Positions 35,431 through 43,670 of a stretch of DNA of 64,000 nt are shown one piece after another. Source of the DNA: an uncultured delta proteobacterium. Lineage in GTDB: Bacteria > Desulfobacterota > Desulfomonilia > UBA1062. The stretch lies in NCBI GenBank assembly GCA_963798485.1, contig CAWCTR010000007.1, positions 128,001-192,000 on the forward strand. Reading direction: 5' to 3'. Position 1 is the stretch's first letter, and each line of letters begins with the position of its first letter. The notes under the pieces were generated by a model. It did not search any database, was not told where the DNA came from, and saw only the letters and a list, made by a program, of their open reading frames with translations. The translations under genes and the position numbers were made by a program.

Positions 35431-36059
35431 AGAATACACCTCGCCGGTATACCTTTTCCCGAATGCGATTAAACATGACTAGTTTAATAAAACCTTTTGT
35501 TATTACAGATATAATCAATAATAGTTGATATAAGTTATAATGGTTTATCGTATTATTAGTTATATCTGATTTAAGTTGATAATCAGAAAATAAGGTATCT
35601 CCTTATTAAAAAAAGGGGTTGCTGATATAGCATTGGTGCTAGAGGCATAACAAGAATCCTTACTCAAGGAGATAACCGTTGGATTCATCTAAGTCCTGTT
35701 CATCAGAAATAATCAATTGATTTTATGAGCATAATTGTCACCACGGGACAAAGGCAACATGAGATTAACTCTATATAAATATAATATAACATAAATTAAT
35801 TATATGTGTTTCCTCTCTCTGTGTAAAATGATCATTGTTGACGGGGCATCCTCTTCGGGTGGATTACAGCAAGCTATTGTGAACCCTGTTGCTTAATGTC
35901 GGGGTTCCGGCCTTGCACGTTTAGCATGAGCCCCTGCATGCCGGGCGAACCGAGCGGTGAGGGCCAGCATGACGGTGATGCCTATTGTTTATAACTAATT
36001 GAAATACACGGCAATAAAATTATGTTTATGCATATCTGCGACTTAAGCTTCCTTGACAG

Positions 36060-37166
36060 TCACACCCCCAGCCCCTTTTCCAGCTCAATGGTCTTGGTGA
36101 GGGATTGGTTCATTTCGTGGCGCTTGAGCGCCAGTTCGAAGAGCTTTGTGATCAGGGTCGTGTACGGTATGCCTGTCGCCTCCCAGAGCTTGGGGTACAT
36201 GGAGATACTGGTGAACCCGGGGATGGTGTTGATCTCGTTCAGGTAGAACAAATCGTGTGATACGAGAAAATCAATGCGGGCCATGCCTGAGCCGCCGATG
36301 GCCACAAAGGCGTCCACGGCCGCGAATTGCATCTCCTCGCTCATGGCCTTGCCGATCTTCGCAGGGATGATGAGCTCGCTCGCGCCGTCCACATACTTGG
36401 CCTTGAAGTCATAGAACTCGTTGCTGGGGACAACCTGGCCCGGGACGGATGCCTTGGGCTCATTGTTACCCAGGACAGCGATCTCAACCTCGAGCGGCTT
36501 ATCCACCGCCTGCTCCACCACGACCTTGGTGGAAAAGTTCAAGGCATAATCGAGGCCCTTGATGACACCCTCCAGATCAACAGCCTTACTCACACCAATG
36601 CTCGATCCCATGGTGGCGGGCTTGATGAACAGGGGAACTTGCAGTGTGTTCTCTATCTCCTTGAGGACCTCATCCCGGTCGGTATCCCACATCCACCTGG
36701 ATACGCATGTCCCTTTCACTACCGGGAGGCCATGCTGCGCCAGCACGCGCTTGGTCATGTCCTTGTCCATGGCAATGGCGGATGCCATGGTGTCGCACCC
36801 CACACAGGCGATCCCGGCAAGCTCGAAAAGCCCCTGGATGGTGCCGTCTTCGCCTCGGGGGCCGTGGAGTACCGGGAACACGACGTCCACAGGGGTAACC
36901 TTGCCGGAATCCGGATGAAAGAAGCCTTTCTTATCAGGGTCCATAGAGGGGATGACCGGCCCTGCTTTTGTAATATTGCCGCTCCGCAGGCTGTCAAAAG
37001 CGCCTTCCCCAAGGAGCCACCTGCCGGTCTTGTCTATGCCGACATAAACCGGATCGAACCGGTCCTTATCAATGCTGCGGGCAATGGAGCCCGCTGAGAC
37101 GATGGAGACTTCGTGCTCGGTGGATACACCGCCGAAGATAATGGCGACCTTGATCTTGGCTTTCAA
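36060..37166 (-). CDS. ddl: D-alanine--D-alanine ligase
   Basis: FGGVSTEHEVS, LHGPRGEDG, GSSIG, FYDFKAKY, NEINTIPGFT. Start taken as TTG at 37166 after GGGAGG. Confidence 0.94.
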   Translation of the reverse strand: MKAKIKVAIIFGGVSTEHEVSIVSAGSIARSIDKDRFDPVYVGIDKTGRWLLGEGAFDSLRSGNITKAGPVIPSMDPDKKGFFHPDSGKVTPVDVVFPVLHGPRGEDGTIQGLFELAGIACVGCDTMASAIAMDKDMTKRVLAQHGLPVVKGTCVSRWMWDTDRDEVLKEIENTLQVPLFIKPATMGSSIGVSKAVDLEGVIKGLDYALNFSTKVVVEQAVDKPLEVEIAVLGNNEPKASVPGQVVPSNEFYDFKAKYVDGASELIIPAKIGKAMSEEMQFAAVDAFVAIGGSGMARIDFLVSHDLFYLNEINTIPGFTSISMYPKLWEATGIPYTTLITKLFELALKRHEMNQSLTKTIELEKGLGV

Positions 37167-37182
37167 AGGATGCAACCTCCCT

Positions 37183-38388
37183 TTACGCACCATATTTGGT
37201 GAGCTTGTCGGCATGAGCCAGGGCCAGGGGCATAAGGTCCACATGGCGTATATGCCCAAGGCCGCCTGCCATGCATGGGCGCTCACCGAACTCCTCCACC
37301 GCATCTTTGCGTATGTTGTTTGCATACAGGAGCACGGGCAGCTCGTGCCAGGAGTGCGACTTTAGGGCAGCCGGCGTGGAATGGTCGCCGGATATAAGCA
37401 CGACATCCGGCTTCAGGGACATTATCTCAGGCATGAGGATATCCACCTCCTCGATGACCTTGACCTTGGCATCGAAGTTGCCATCTTCGCCTGATGAGTC
37501 GGTCTTCTTCACGTGGAAGAAAAAGAAGTCGTACTTTGCCCAGGAATCCTTCAATATCGCAACCTCGGTGGCCAGTGTCTCGCCGGCATCCAGCACATCC
37601 ATACCCACCAGGCGGGCAAGGCCTTTGTACATGGGGTATGTGGCAATGGCACATGACTTGAGCCCGTAGACCTCCTTGTAGGATGGCAGCCCCGGGTCCT
37701 TGGCAATGCCCCGCAGGGTGCACCCGTTGGCAGGCTTCTCGTCACGAAGCATGGCAAAGGCCTTTTCGATCCAGGCATTCAAAAGCTGCGCGCTCTTCTT
37801 TGCACCCGCGTGCAGGGGCTCCACCATCAGCGGCTTCAGACCTGTCTTCTGGGGGTCTGTCTCGCTTAAGCCTTCCTCCAGCCCTTCTCCTTCGAGAATG
37901 AGGGCGAACCGGTAGTCCTTTACGGGCTCCACAATAACCTTGACCCCTTCCAACGTAATCACCTTGAGTTTGTTCACGAGCTGTGCGCACTTCTCAGTGG
38001 GGATCCTGCCCGCCCTCCGGTCAGTGATTACCCCGCTGGCCGGATCAAGGGTGCAGAAGTTGCCGCGTGCAGCCAGGCTCTTAGGGGTTAACGTCAGCCC
38101 GATGCCCAGGGCCTCGAGAACACCCCTGCCGATGGCGTACTCCAGGGGATCATAGCCGAACAGACCAAGGTGGCCGGGTCCGCTGCCCGGGGTGATGCCG
38201 ACGCCCACCGGTGTGGAGAGCCCGCAGATGGATTCCTTGCAGAGCTTGTCCATATTCGGGGTCCGGGCGGCCTCCAGCTCGGTTTTGCCGGACTCGTCCG
38301 GCAGGCCTCCGAGGCCGTCCAGCACGAGCATGAGGATCTTTTTGTCGGAAGGGACATGGAGTTCTTTCATCAGATCGATCTGTTTCAT
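37183..38388 (-). CDS. apgM: 2,3-BPG-independent phosphoglycerate mutase (ApgM type)
   Basis: LDGLGG, PGSGPGHL, ITDRRAGR, HVKKTD, SGDHSTP. Confidence 0.92.
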   Translation of the reverse strand: MKQIDLMKELHVPSDKKILMLVLDGLGGLPDESGKTELEAARTPNMDKLCKESICGLSTPVGVGITPGSGPGHLGLFGYDPLEYAIGRGVLEALGIGLTLTPKSLAARGNFCTLDPASGVITDRRAGRIPTEKCAQLVNKLKVITLEGVKVIVEPVKDYRFALILEGEGLEEGLSETDPQKTGLKPLMVEPLHAGAKKSAQLLNAWIEKAFAMLRDEKPANGCTLRGIAKDPGLPSYKEVYGLKSCAIATYPMYKGLARLVGMDVLDAGETLATEVAILKDSWAKYDFFFFHVKKTDSSGEDGNFDAKVKVIEEVDILMPEIMSLKPDVVLISGDHSTPAALKSHSWHELPVLLYANNIRKDAVEEFGERPCMAGGLGHIRHVDLMPLALAHADKLTKYGA

Positions 38389-38483
38389 GCATCACTCCTT
38401 GGCATTGGGAAGAATAGGTACCAAAAAAGGTATAGATACCGAAGAAAAACATATACAGGCTTTACGGAAAAATCAAGCTCCGA

Positions 38484-39434
38484 TCAGGTAATACCCTGCT
38501 CGAAGGCCTTTTCGATACATGCCCTGGCCCTGTCCATGGTCTTCTCCCTGCCCACGTTTTTGCACAGATGGTGGCCGAAGGTGAGATTCTTCGAAAGCCA
38601 GAACAATGCGGTCTTGAACCTTTTAAGGGCCACATCAGGGGTGAAATGGACCATGAGGAGCCGGTGCAGTTCGAGCATCACGTCCATGAGCGCCGGGGGG
38701 TCCTGAGGCTTGGCACCGGCAATCAGCGCCTTGATATCCCTGAAGATCCAGGGCCGGATCAGGGCCTGCCTGCCGATCATCACCCCGTCGCAGCAGGTTG
38801 CGGAAAACATATCCAGGGCATCTTGAGCTGTCTGGACGTCGCCATTACCCACAACCGGGACCCTTACATGGTCTTTCAATGCGCCGATATATTCCCACTT
38901 GGCCCTGCGCGACATGCCGTCTTCTACGGTGCGGGCATGGAGAACGATGAAGTCAACCCCGGACTCCACCAGCATGGAGGCGAACTCCCGCATGGCCCAT
39001 ACATCCGGGCTGTGGCCGATCCTCATCTTGACGGACAGGGAGTGCTTTACCACCTTCCTCACCGCGGTAACCACTTCCTGCGCCAAGGACGGGTCCTTCA
39101 TGAGCCCGGCTCCCCAGCCATGACAGGTGACCTTCTTGAGCCAGCATCCCATGTTGATATCGATGCCGAAGGGCTCGAAACTATCGAGCCTGGCGGCAGA
39201 CTCCTGCATCTTTTCAGGGTCATTACCCACGATCTGGAAGATGAGGTCGTCAAGCCTGCTCCATTTCAGGTAACCCGATCCCCCGGGCTTTTCAACAGGC
39301 ACGATGCGGGCATTGAGCATCTCGGAACAGAGAAGGTCACAGCCGGTAAACGATCGTATGAGATCCAGGTAGGCCACATGGCTCAAGTCCACCATGGGCG
39401 CCATGAAGAGCGCGTTCTTGGGGATAAGCGGCAT
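38484..39434 (-). CDS. tRNA-dihydrouridine synthase family protein
   Basis: MAPM, DINMGC, SVKMRIG, HART, GNGDV, GVMIGR. Confidence 0.92.
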   Translation of the reverse strand: MPLIPKNALFMAPMVDLSHVAYLDLIRSFTGCDLLCSEMLNARIVPVEKPGGSGYLKWSRLDDLIFQIVGNDPEKMQESAARLDSFEPFGIDINMGCWLKKVTCHGWGAGLMKDPSLAQEVVTAVRKVVKHSLSVKMRIGHSPDVWAMREFASMLVESGVDFIVLHARTVEDGMSRRAKWEYIGALKDHVRVPVVGNGDVQTAQDALDMFSATCCDGVMIGRQALIRPWIFRDIKALIAGAKPQDPPALMDVMLELHRLLMVHFTPDVALKRFKTALFWLSKNLTFGHHLCKNVGREKTMDRARACIEKAFEQGIT

Positions 39435-39440
39435 TCGCTT

Positions 39441-40124
39441 TTACGATGCCTTGGGGTTCCTTAGTATCACCAACGCATCCACGGCAATGGGCATGTCATC
39501 GTGGATGATCATGGGATTTATGTCGATCTCTGCCACCTCTTCTACCTCGAGCCCTATCCTGCCCAGGTTGATGAGTGCCTTGGCAAGCACATCCCTGTTC
39601 ACTGCAGGCTTGCCCCTGAAGGCGTCCAGGAGCTTCCTTGCCCTGATCTCGTCCATCATCTCCAGGGCGTCACGCATCTCTAAGGGAGCGACCCTGAAGG
39701 TGACATCCTTTAAGACCTCGGTGAAGATTCCGCCAAGGCCGAACATTACGCAGGGGCCGAACTGGGGGTCACGGATAAGCCCTGCCACAAGCTCGCGCTC
39801 ACCCTTGACCATCTGCTGGACAAGGATGCCGTCAAGCTGGCCCATACCGCGCTCTGTGAGGACCGCATACGCCTTCTCCAGCGCCTGATCGCTATCAATG
39901 CCGAGCTCGATGAGCTTATGCTCGGTCTTGTGGGTGAGCGTACGGGAAGATCCCTTGAGCACCACCGGATAGCCGATCTGTTTGGCAAACGAGAGGGCTT
40001 CCTTGATGCCGGTTGCAACGAACTCCTTGGTAACCGGGATGGAATATGCGTCCAGGAGGCGCTTGGATTCATATTCGTTGAGCGCCTTGTCGCCCCTTTT
40101 CAGTGCATCTTCAATGATTTTCAT
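39441..40124 (-). CDS. ADP-forming acyl-CoA synthetase, ATP-grasp (beta) subunit
   Basis: ESKRLLDAYSIP, GYPVVLK, HKTE, DPQFGPCVMFGLGG, EIDINP. Confidence 0.9.
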   Translation of the reverse strand: MKIIEDALKRGDKALNEYESKRLLDAYSIPVTKEFVATGIKEALSFAKQIGYPVVLKGSSRTLTHKTEHKLIELGIDSDQALEKAYAVLTERGMGQLDGILVQQMVKGERELVAGLIRDPQFGPCVMFGLGGIFTEVLKDVTFRVAPLEMRDALEMMDEIRARKLLDAFRGKPAVNRDVLAKALINLGRIGLEVEEVAEIDINPMIIHDDMPIAVDALVILRNPKAS

Positions 40125-40363
40125 AGTATCTCCCTATCCTTGCTGTCAAAGACTTATGTATTACTAACAGAAAATACAATCCATGTGAATGGTTATCTGA
40201 GAACCGCCAATGACAATGGAGCACTCGCTATAGCCTGTTTCTCATAAAATACCTATTTATCCAATCAGTGAACACCTTGACGAAGAATTGCCCAGGGTAT
40301 ACGTAGCTTATCACGCACACAAGCTCCATGAGCGCATACACAAGGAAGGCGGGTTGAGGTAAC

Positions 40364-40999
40364 ATGAAGCTGGTTGTAACCGAGATCTTTTATTCCCTCC
40401 AGGGCGAAGGGCCTTTCATGGGTTTGCCTTCGGTCTTCATCCGCCTGGGCGGATGCATAGACCCCTTATGCCCATGGTGTGACACCGAATATGCCTGGCA
40501 TGAATACAGCGAGATGGGAACCGACGAGATTATTGCAGAGGTGAACAGGTATGCCTGCAAGGATGTGGTAATCACCGGCGGGGAACCTTTCCTCCAATGG
40601 GAATTGGGGCTCAAAGATCTTCATAGCGAGCTTGTCGGAAGCGGATACCGCATATTCTATGAGACCAGCGGCAAGATTGACATCCCGGGTCTATTAGATG
40701 CAACCATTGTCATGAGTCCGAAAAATATCGCAGGACAGTGGCATCTCCCTTTAGGAAACATAGAAAAAGCCGATTATTTCAAATTTGTGGCAGATGATGC
40801 GGCAGCGCTTGGCGAGATCGACCGGTTTGTAAAGGACCATGCCATTGCCAAAGACCGTGTGTTTATGATGCCCCAGGGCAAGACCAGGGCCGAACAGCTC
40901 AAAAGGATGGCGACAATATTTTCCTTCTGCAGGAAACACGGCTACCGGATGACCCCACGGCTCCATGTGCTCATCTTTGATGATAAACGAGGTGTATGA
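40364..40999 (+). CDS. queE: 7-carboxy-7-deazaguanine synthase (radical SAM)
   Basis: EIFYSLQGEG, FIRLGGC...CPWCDT, ITGGEP, ETSG, RLH. Confidence 0.92.
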   Translation: MKLVVTEIFYSLQGEGPFMGLPSVFIRLGGCIDPLCPWCDTEYAWHEYSEMGTDEIIAEVNRYACKDVVITGGEPFLQWELGLKDLHSELVGSGYRIFYETSGKIDIPGLLDATIVMSPKNIAGQWHLPLGNIEKADYFKFVADDAAALGEIDRFVKDHAIAKDRVFMMPQGKTRAEQLKRMATIFSFCRKHGYRMTPRLHVLIFDDKRGV

Positions 41000-41658
41000 T
41001 GGATGATGCCGTGATCCTTCTCTCCGGCGGCATGGACTCGGGCGTGATGCTGGCCTGGGCAAGGCCCCGCTTCAGCCATTTACATGCCTTAAGCTTTGAT
41101 TATGGTTCAAAGCATGCCGTAAAAGAGCTCATTATGGCTCAAAATCTTGCGGAAGTATACGGTGCCCGCTTCACAAAGGTGGAGCTGCCGTTTGTCAACA
41201 CCCTGTTCTCTTCCAGCCTGTTGCAATCAGGAGAAGAGATCCCGGACGGACCCTACCGGACTGACTCCATTTCATCCACAGTGGTCCCCTTCAGGAACGG
41301 GATCATGCTGTCAGTCGCTATTGGCTATGCGGAAACCCATCAGATCTCTACCGTGCTCATTGCATCACATTCAGGAGACCATCCCATTTATCCTGACTGC
41401 ACTGTTGAGTTCACCGAGGCCATGTCACAGACGGCAGCACTCGGCACCTTCACCAAGGTAAAGATCGAGGCCCCCTTTGCAGGGTTTGACAAGAGACGGA
41501 TCGCAGGGATCGGCCGGGGGTTGAACTTTGATTTCACCCGGACCTGGTCCTGCTACAAGGGCCTTGAGCTGCACTGCGGAGCCTGCGCCACCTGCCTGGA
41601 GAGAAAATACGCCCTGGAGTATGAGGCCGGCCTTGACCCAACGAGGTACCTGGTATGA
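40996..41658 (+). CDS. queC: 7-cyano-7-deazaguanine synthase
   Basis: LSGGMDS, VPFRN, YPDC, TWSCY...CGACATC. Confidence 0.95.
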   Translation: MMDDAVILLSGGMDSGVMLAWARPRFSHLHALSFDYGSKHAVKELIMAQNLAEVYGARFTKVELPFVNTLFSSSLLQSGEEIPDGPYRTDSISSTVVPFRNGIMLSVAIGYAETHQISTVLIASHSGDHPIYPDCTVEFTEAMSQTAALGTFTKVKIEAPFAGFDKRRIAGIGRGLNFDFTRTWSCYKGLELHCGACATCLERKYALEYEAGLDPTRYLV

Positions 41659-42455
41659 ACCGGATACCGCTTGGCAGAAAAATCCCTCAGCCCAAGGGTC
41701 ATGACCCTAAAGTGCTTTATCCCATACCAAGAAAGCCCTGCGAAATAAGGCTCTACGGGTATGACCTCTGGCGGTCTTACGAACTATCCTGGCTTAACAG
41801 CAAAGGCAAACCCCGGATAGGCATCCTCGAGATCGTCTATCCCACCCAAAGCAAGTGTATTGTGGAGTCGAAATCCCTCAAGCTCTACTTAGGCGGACTC
41901 TCATACGAGAATTTCGATTCGGCCAAAGGGATTGAAGAAATCATCCGGCATGACCTCGATCATATCCTGCTGCCCGAATGGATCTCGGTGCGCATCATTG
42001 AACAGGCCGGTTTTCCGCAGATGACATGTCAGCCTCATCCGGATGGCACCTGCCTGGACAACCAGGACGTTCAGATTCCTGGCTTCCAAAGGGACCCTGC
42101 CCTGCTCTCATGCGCACAAGGCTTATCTGAAGAGACACTCTACTCGGATTTGCTGAAGACCAACTGCCCTATCACAGGCCAGCCGGACTGGGGGAGTGTG
42201 GCCATATGCTACCAGGGAAGGACTATCGACCATGAAGCGCTGCTGAAATATATCTATTCCTATCGTGATCACGAAGGATTTGCAGAAGATGTTTGTGAAC
42301 AGATATTTTTAGATATTATGGAGAGATGCAAGCCGGACACGTTAACCGTCAGGTGTTCTTATACGAGGCGAGGCGGAATCGATATAAACCCCTTCAGGAG
42401 CTCTCACCCAATCGACCCGGATAATATCGACAAGGCAAGGCTCATCCGCCAGTAA
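41655..42455 (+). CDS. queF: NADPH-dependent preQ0 reductase (bimodular type)
   Basis: YELSWLN, VESKSLKLYL, NCPITGQPDWG, YTRRGGIDINP. Confidence 0.94.
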   Translation: MNRIPLGRKIPQPKGHDPKVLYPIPRKPCEIRLYGYDLWRSYELSWLNSKGKPRIGILEIVYPTQSKCIVESKSLKLYLGGLSYENFDSAKGIEEIIRHDLDHILLPEWISVRIIEQAGFPQMTCQPHPDGTCLDNQDVQIPGFQRDPALLSCAQGLSEETLYSDLLKTNCPITGQPDWGSVAICYQGRTIDHEALLKYIYSYRDHEGFAEDVCEQIFLDIMERCKPDTLTVRCSYTRRGGIDINPFRSSHPIDPDNIDKARLIRQ

Positions 42456-42533
42456 TACCCCCCCTCTCAAAAGATTATCTTAAGTGGGATGACAAGGGAA
42501 AGATGGTTAGGTAAAAGAGTAACATCATGCGCT

Positions 42534-43028
42534 TCAATGCGGCGTGATTGATATCGTCCCTTTGATATCCGCCTTAAATCCCAACATCGCGAAATCGCCC
42601 AAGCTCGGTCCCGTCGTATCGTTCCCAACGCGAATGGCGCCGATGGTGAATTTGTTGATATTGATGGTCATATCGATCTGCTGTGTGCCGAGACCAAAAG
42701 ACCCGAGACCCATCAATCCGAGACCCATCATCCCGAAACCAGGAACAGCGGCATTGGCCATTTGATTGGCCAGGTTTGTATTCGGGGGAGTGGAATTTCT
42801 TGAGGTCACGGAGCCTTGGATTGTTACATCGCTGAAATTAAAAAACCCATCCCCCATGTTGGGAATATACGAGTTGAACGTAGCGGTTGTATCCTCGGCA
42901 AACCCCGCCTGACCGATGACTTCGCTCAAATCGGCATCGGACAAAGCCACCATCTTGGCTAATCCTGCCTGCGGGAGCATGAGCATTGCGATTATACAGA
43001 GAGCAGCAAGTAGGGTTGTTCTGTTCAT
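42534..43028 (-). CDS. Small secreted protein, DUF6160-like
   Basis: Signal peptide ending AGLA, then KMVALSDADLSEVIGQAG; AAGGAG RBS. Family assignment is from memory of the motif. Confidence 0.75.
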   Translation of the reverse strand: MNRTTLLAALCIIAMLMLPQAGLAKMVALSDADLSEVIGQAGFAEDTTATFNSYIPNMGDGFFNFSDVTIQGSVTSRNSTPPNTNLANQMANAAVPGFGMMGLGLMGLGSFGLGTQQIDMTININKFTIGAIRVGNDTTGPSLGDFAMLGFKADIKGTISITPH

Positions 43029-43049
43029 TGGAACTCCTTTCTGATGAGG

Positions 43050-43135
43050 TTCTCCAGGCGACCCGGCTGTCCACACTCCCTGTGGACCCGTGGCTTTCCG
43101 GCCCATGGTTACCCATGGTGTGGCTAGAGTGAGAA
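43050..43135 (-). ncRNA. c-di-GMP-I (GEMM) riboswitch aptamer, proximal copy C
   Basis: Minus strand AGCCACACC-ATGG-GTAA-CCAT-GGGCCGGAAAGCCACGGGTCC...GGACAGCCGGGTCGCC matches the GEMM-I consensus. Confidence 0.88.
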
Positions 43136-43151
43136 GTGCTGGTGAATCCTT

Positions 43152-43230
43152 TTCAGGCGACCCGGCTGTCCGAGCACTATTTCGGACCCGTGGTTTTCCG
43201 GCCCATGGTTACCCATGGTGTGGCTCTGAA
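43152..43230 (-). ncRNA. c-di-GMP-I (GEMM) riboswitch aptamer, middle copy B
   Basis: TTCAG-AGCCACACCATGGGTAACCATGGGCCGGAAAACCACGGGTCCGA...TCGGACAGCCGGGTCGC-CTGAA, with P1 TTCAG/CTGAA. Confidence 0.9.
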
Positions 43231-43233
43231 GGA

Positions 43234-43312
43234 GGCGACCCGGCTGTCCACCCTCCGTTAGGCATGGACCCGTGGTTTTCCGTCCCACAGTTACCTGTGG
43301 TTTGGCTTGTGA
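43234..43312 (-). ncRNA. c-di-GMP-I (GEMM) riboswitch aptamer, distal copy A
   Basis: AAGCCAAACC-ACAG-GTAA-CTGT-GGGACGGAAAACCACGGGTCCA...TGGACAGCCGGGTCGCC; P2 shows compensatory changes relative to copies B and C. Confidence 0.88.
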
Positions 43313-43670
43313 AGGAGTGCGCGAGAGATCTCTCAAGGAGATCCCGGCGCGAGTTTTCCCTCGTTGTTTCTATTAAAAAGGTACGAGCGCTGCTTTAAGT
43401 TACTCTTTTACCCATGTGTGGCCTCTGGAGCCAAAGAGCACACATGGCTCTTTCATAAATTGTCAAAGAACACTTCAGGCATTAAGCCCTGCTATAATTT
43501 AACCTATCGAGCACAATGGCAAAAACATTAGCCCTGTTGTCTTAATAAACGCAGGGTTTCAGGTTCACCGGGAAAGTAAGCTGGGAAGAGCGTGTAAGGC
43601 CGCTGGATATAAGTGTGAAGAGTAGCATGGATTACAAAAAGGGAATTCCATTTGATAGGCTATCATACTT

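Noticed and set aside
37167-37325. N-terminal extension of Ddl given by the ORF track
   Set aside because: It overlaps apgM, and a TTG start with a GGGAGG RBS at 37166 fits the family length.
40125-40363. preQ1 riboswitch upstream of queE
   Set aside because: No recognisable preQ1 aptamer stem-loop with an A-rich tail.
43050-43312. Repeats read as a CRISPR array, or as cGAMP-selective GEMM-Ib aptamers
   Set aside because: The units are structured aptamers with covariation, have unequal spacing and no cas genes nearby. Position 20 is G, not A, in all three by my alignment.
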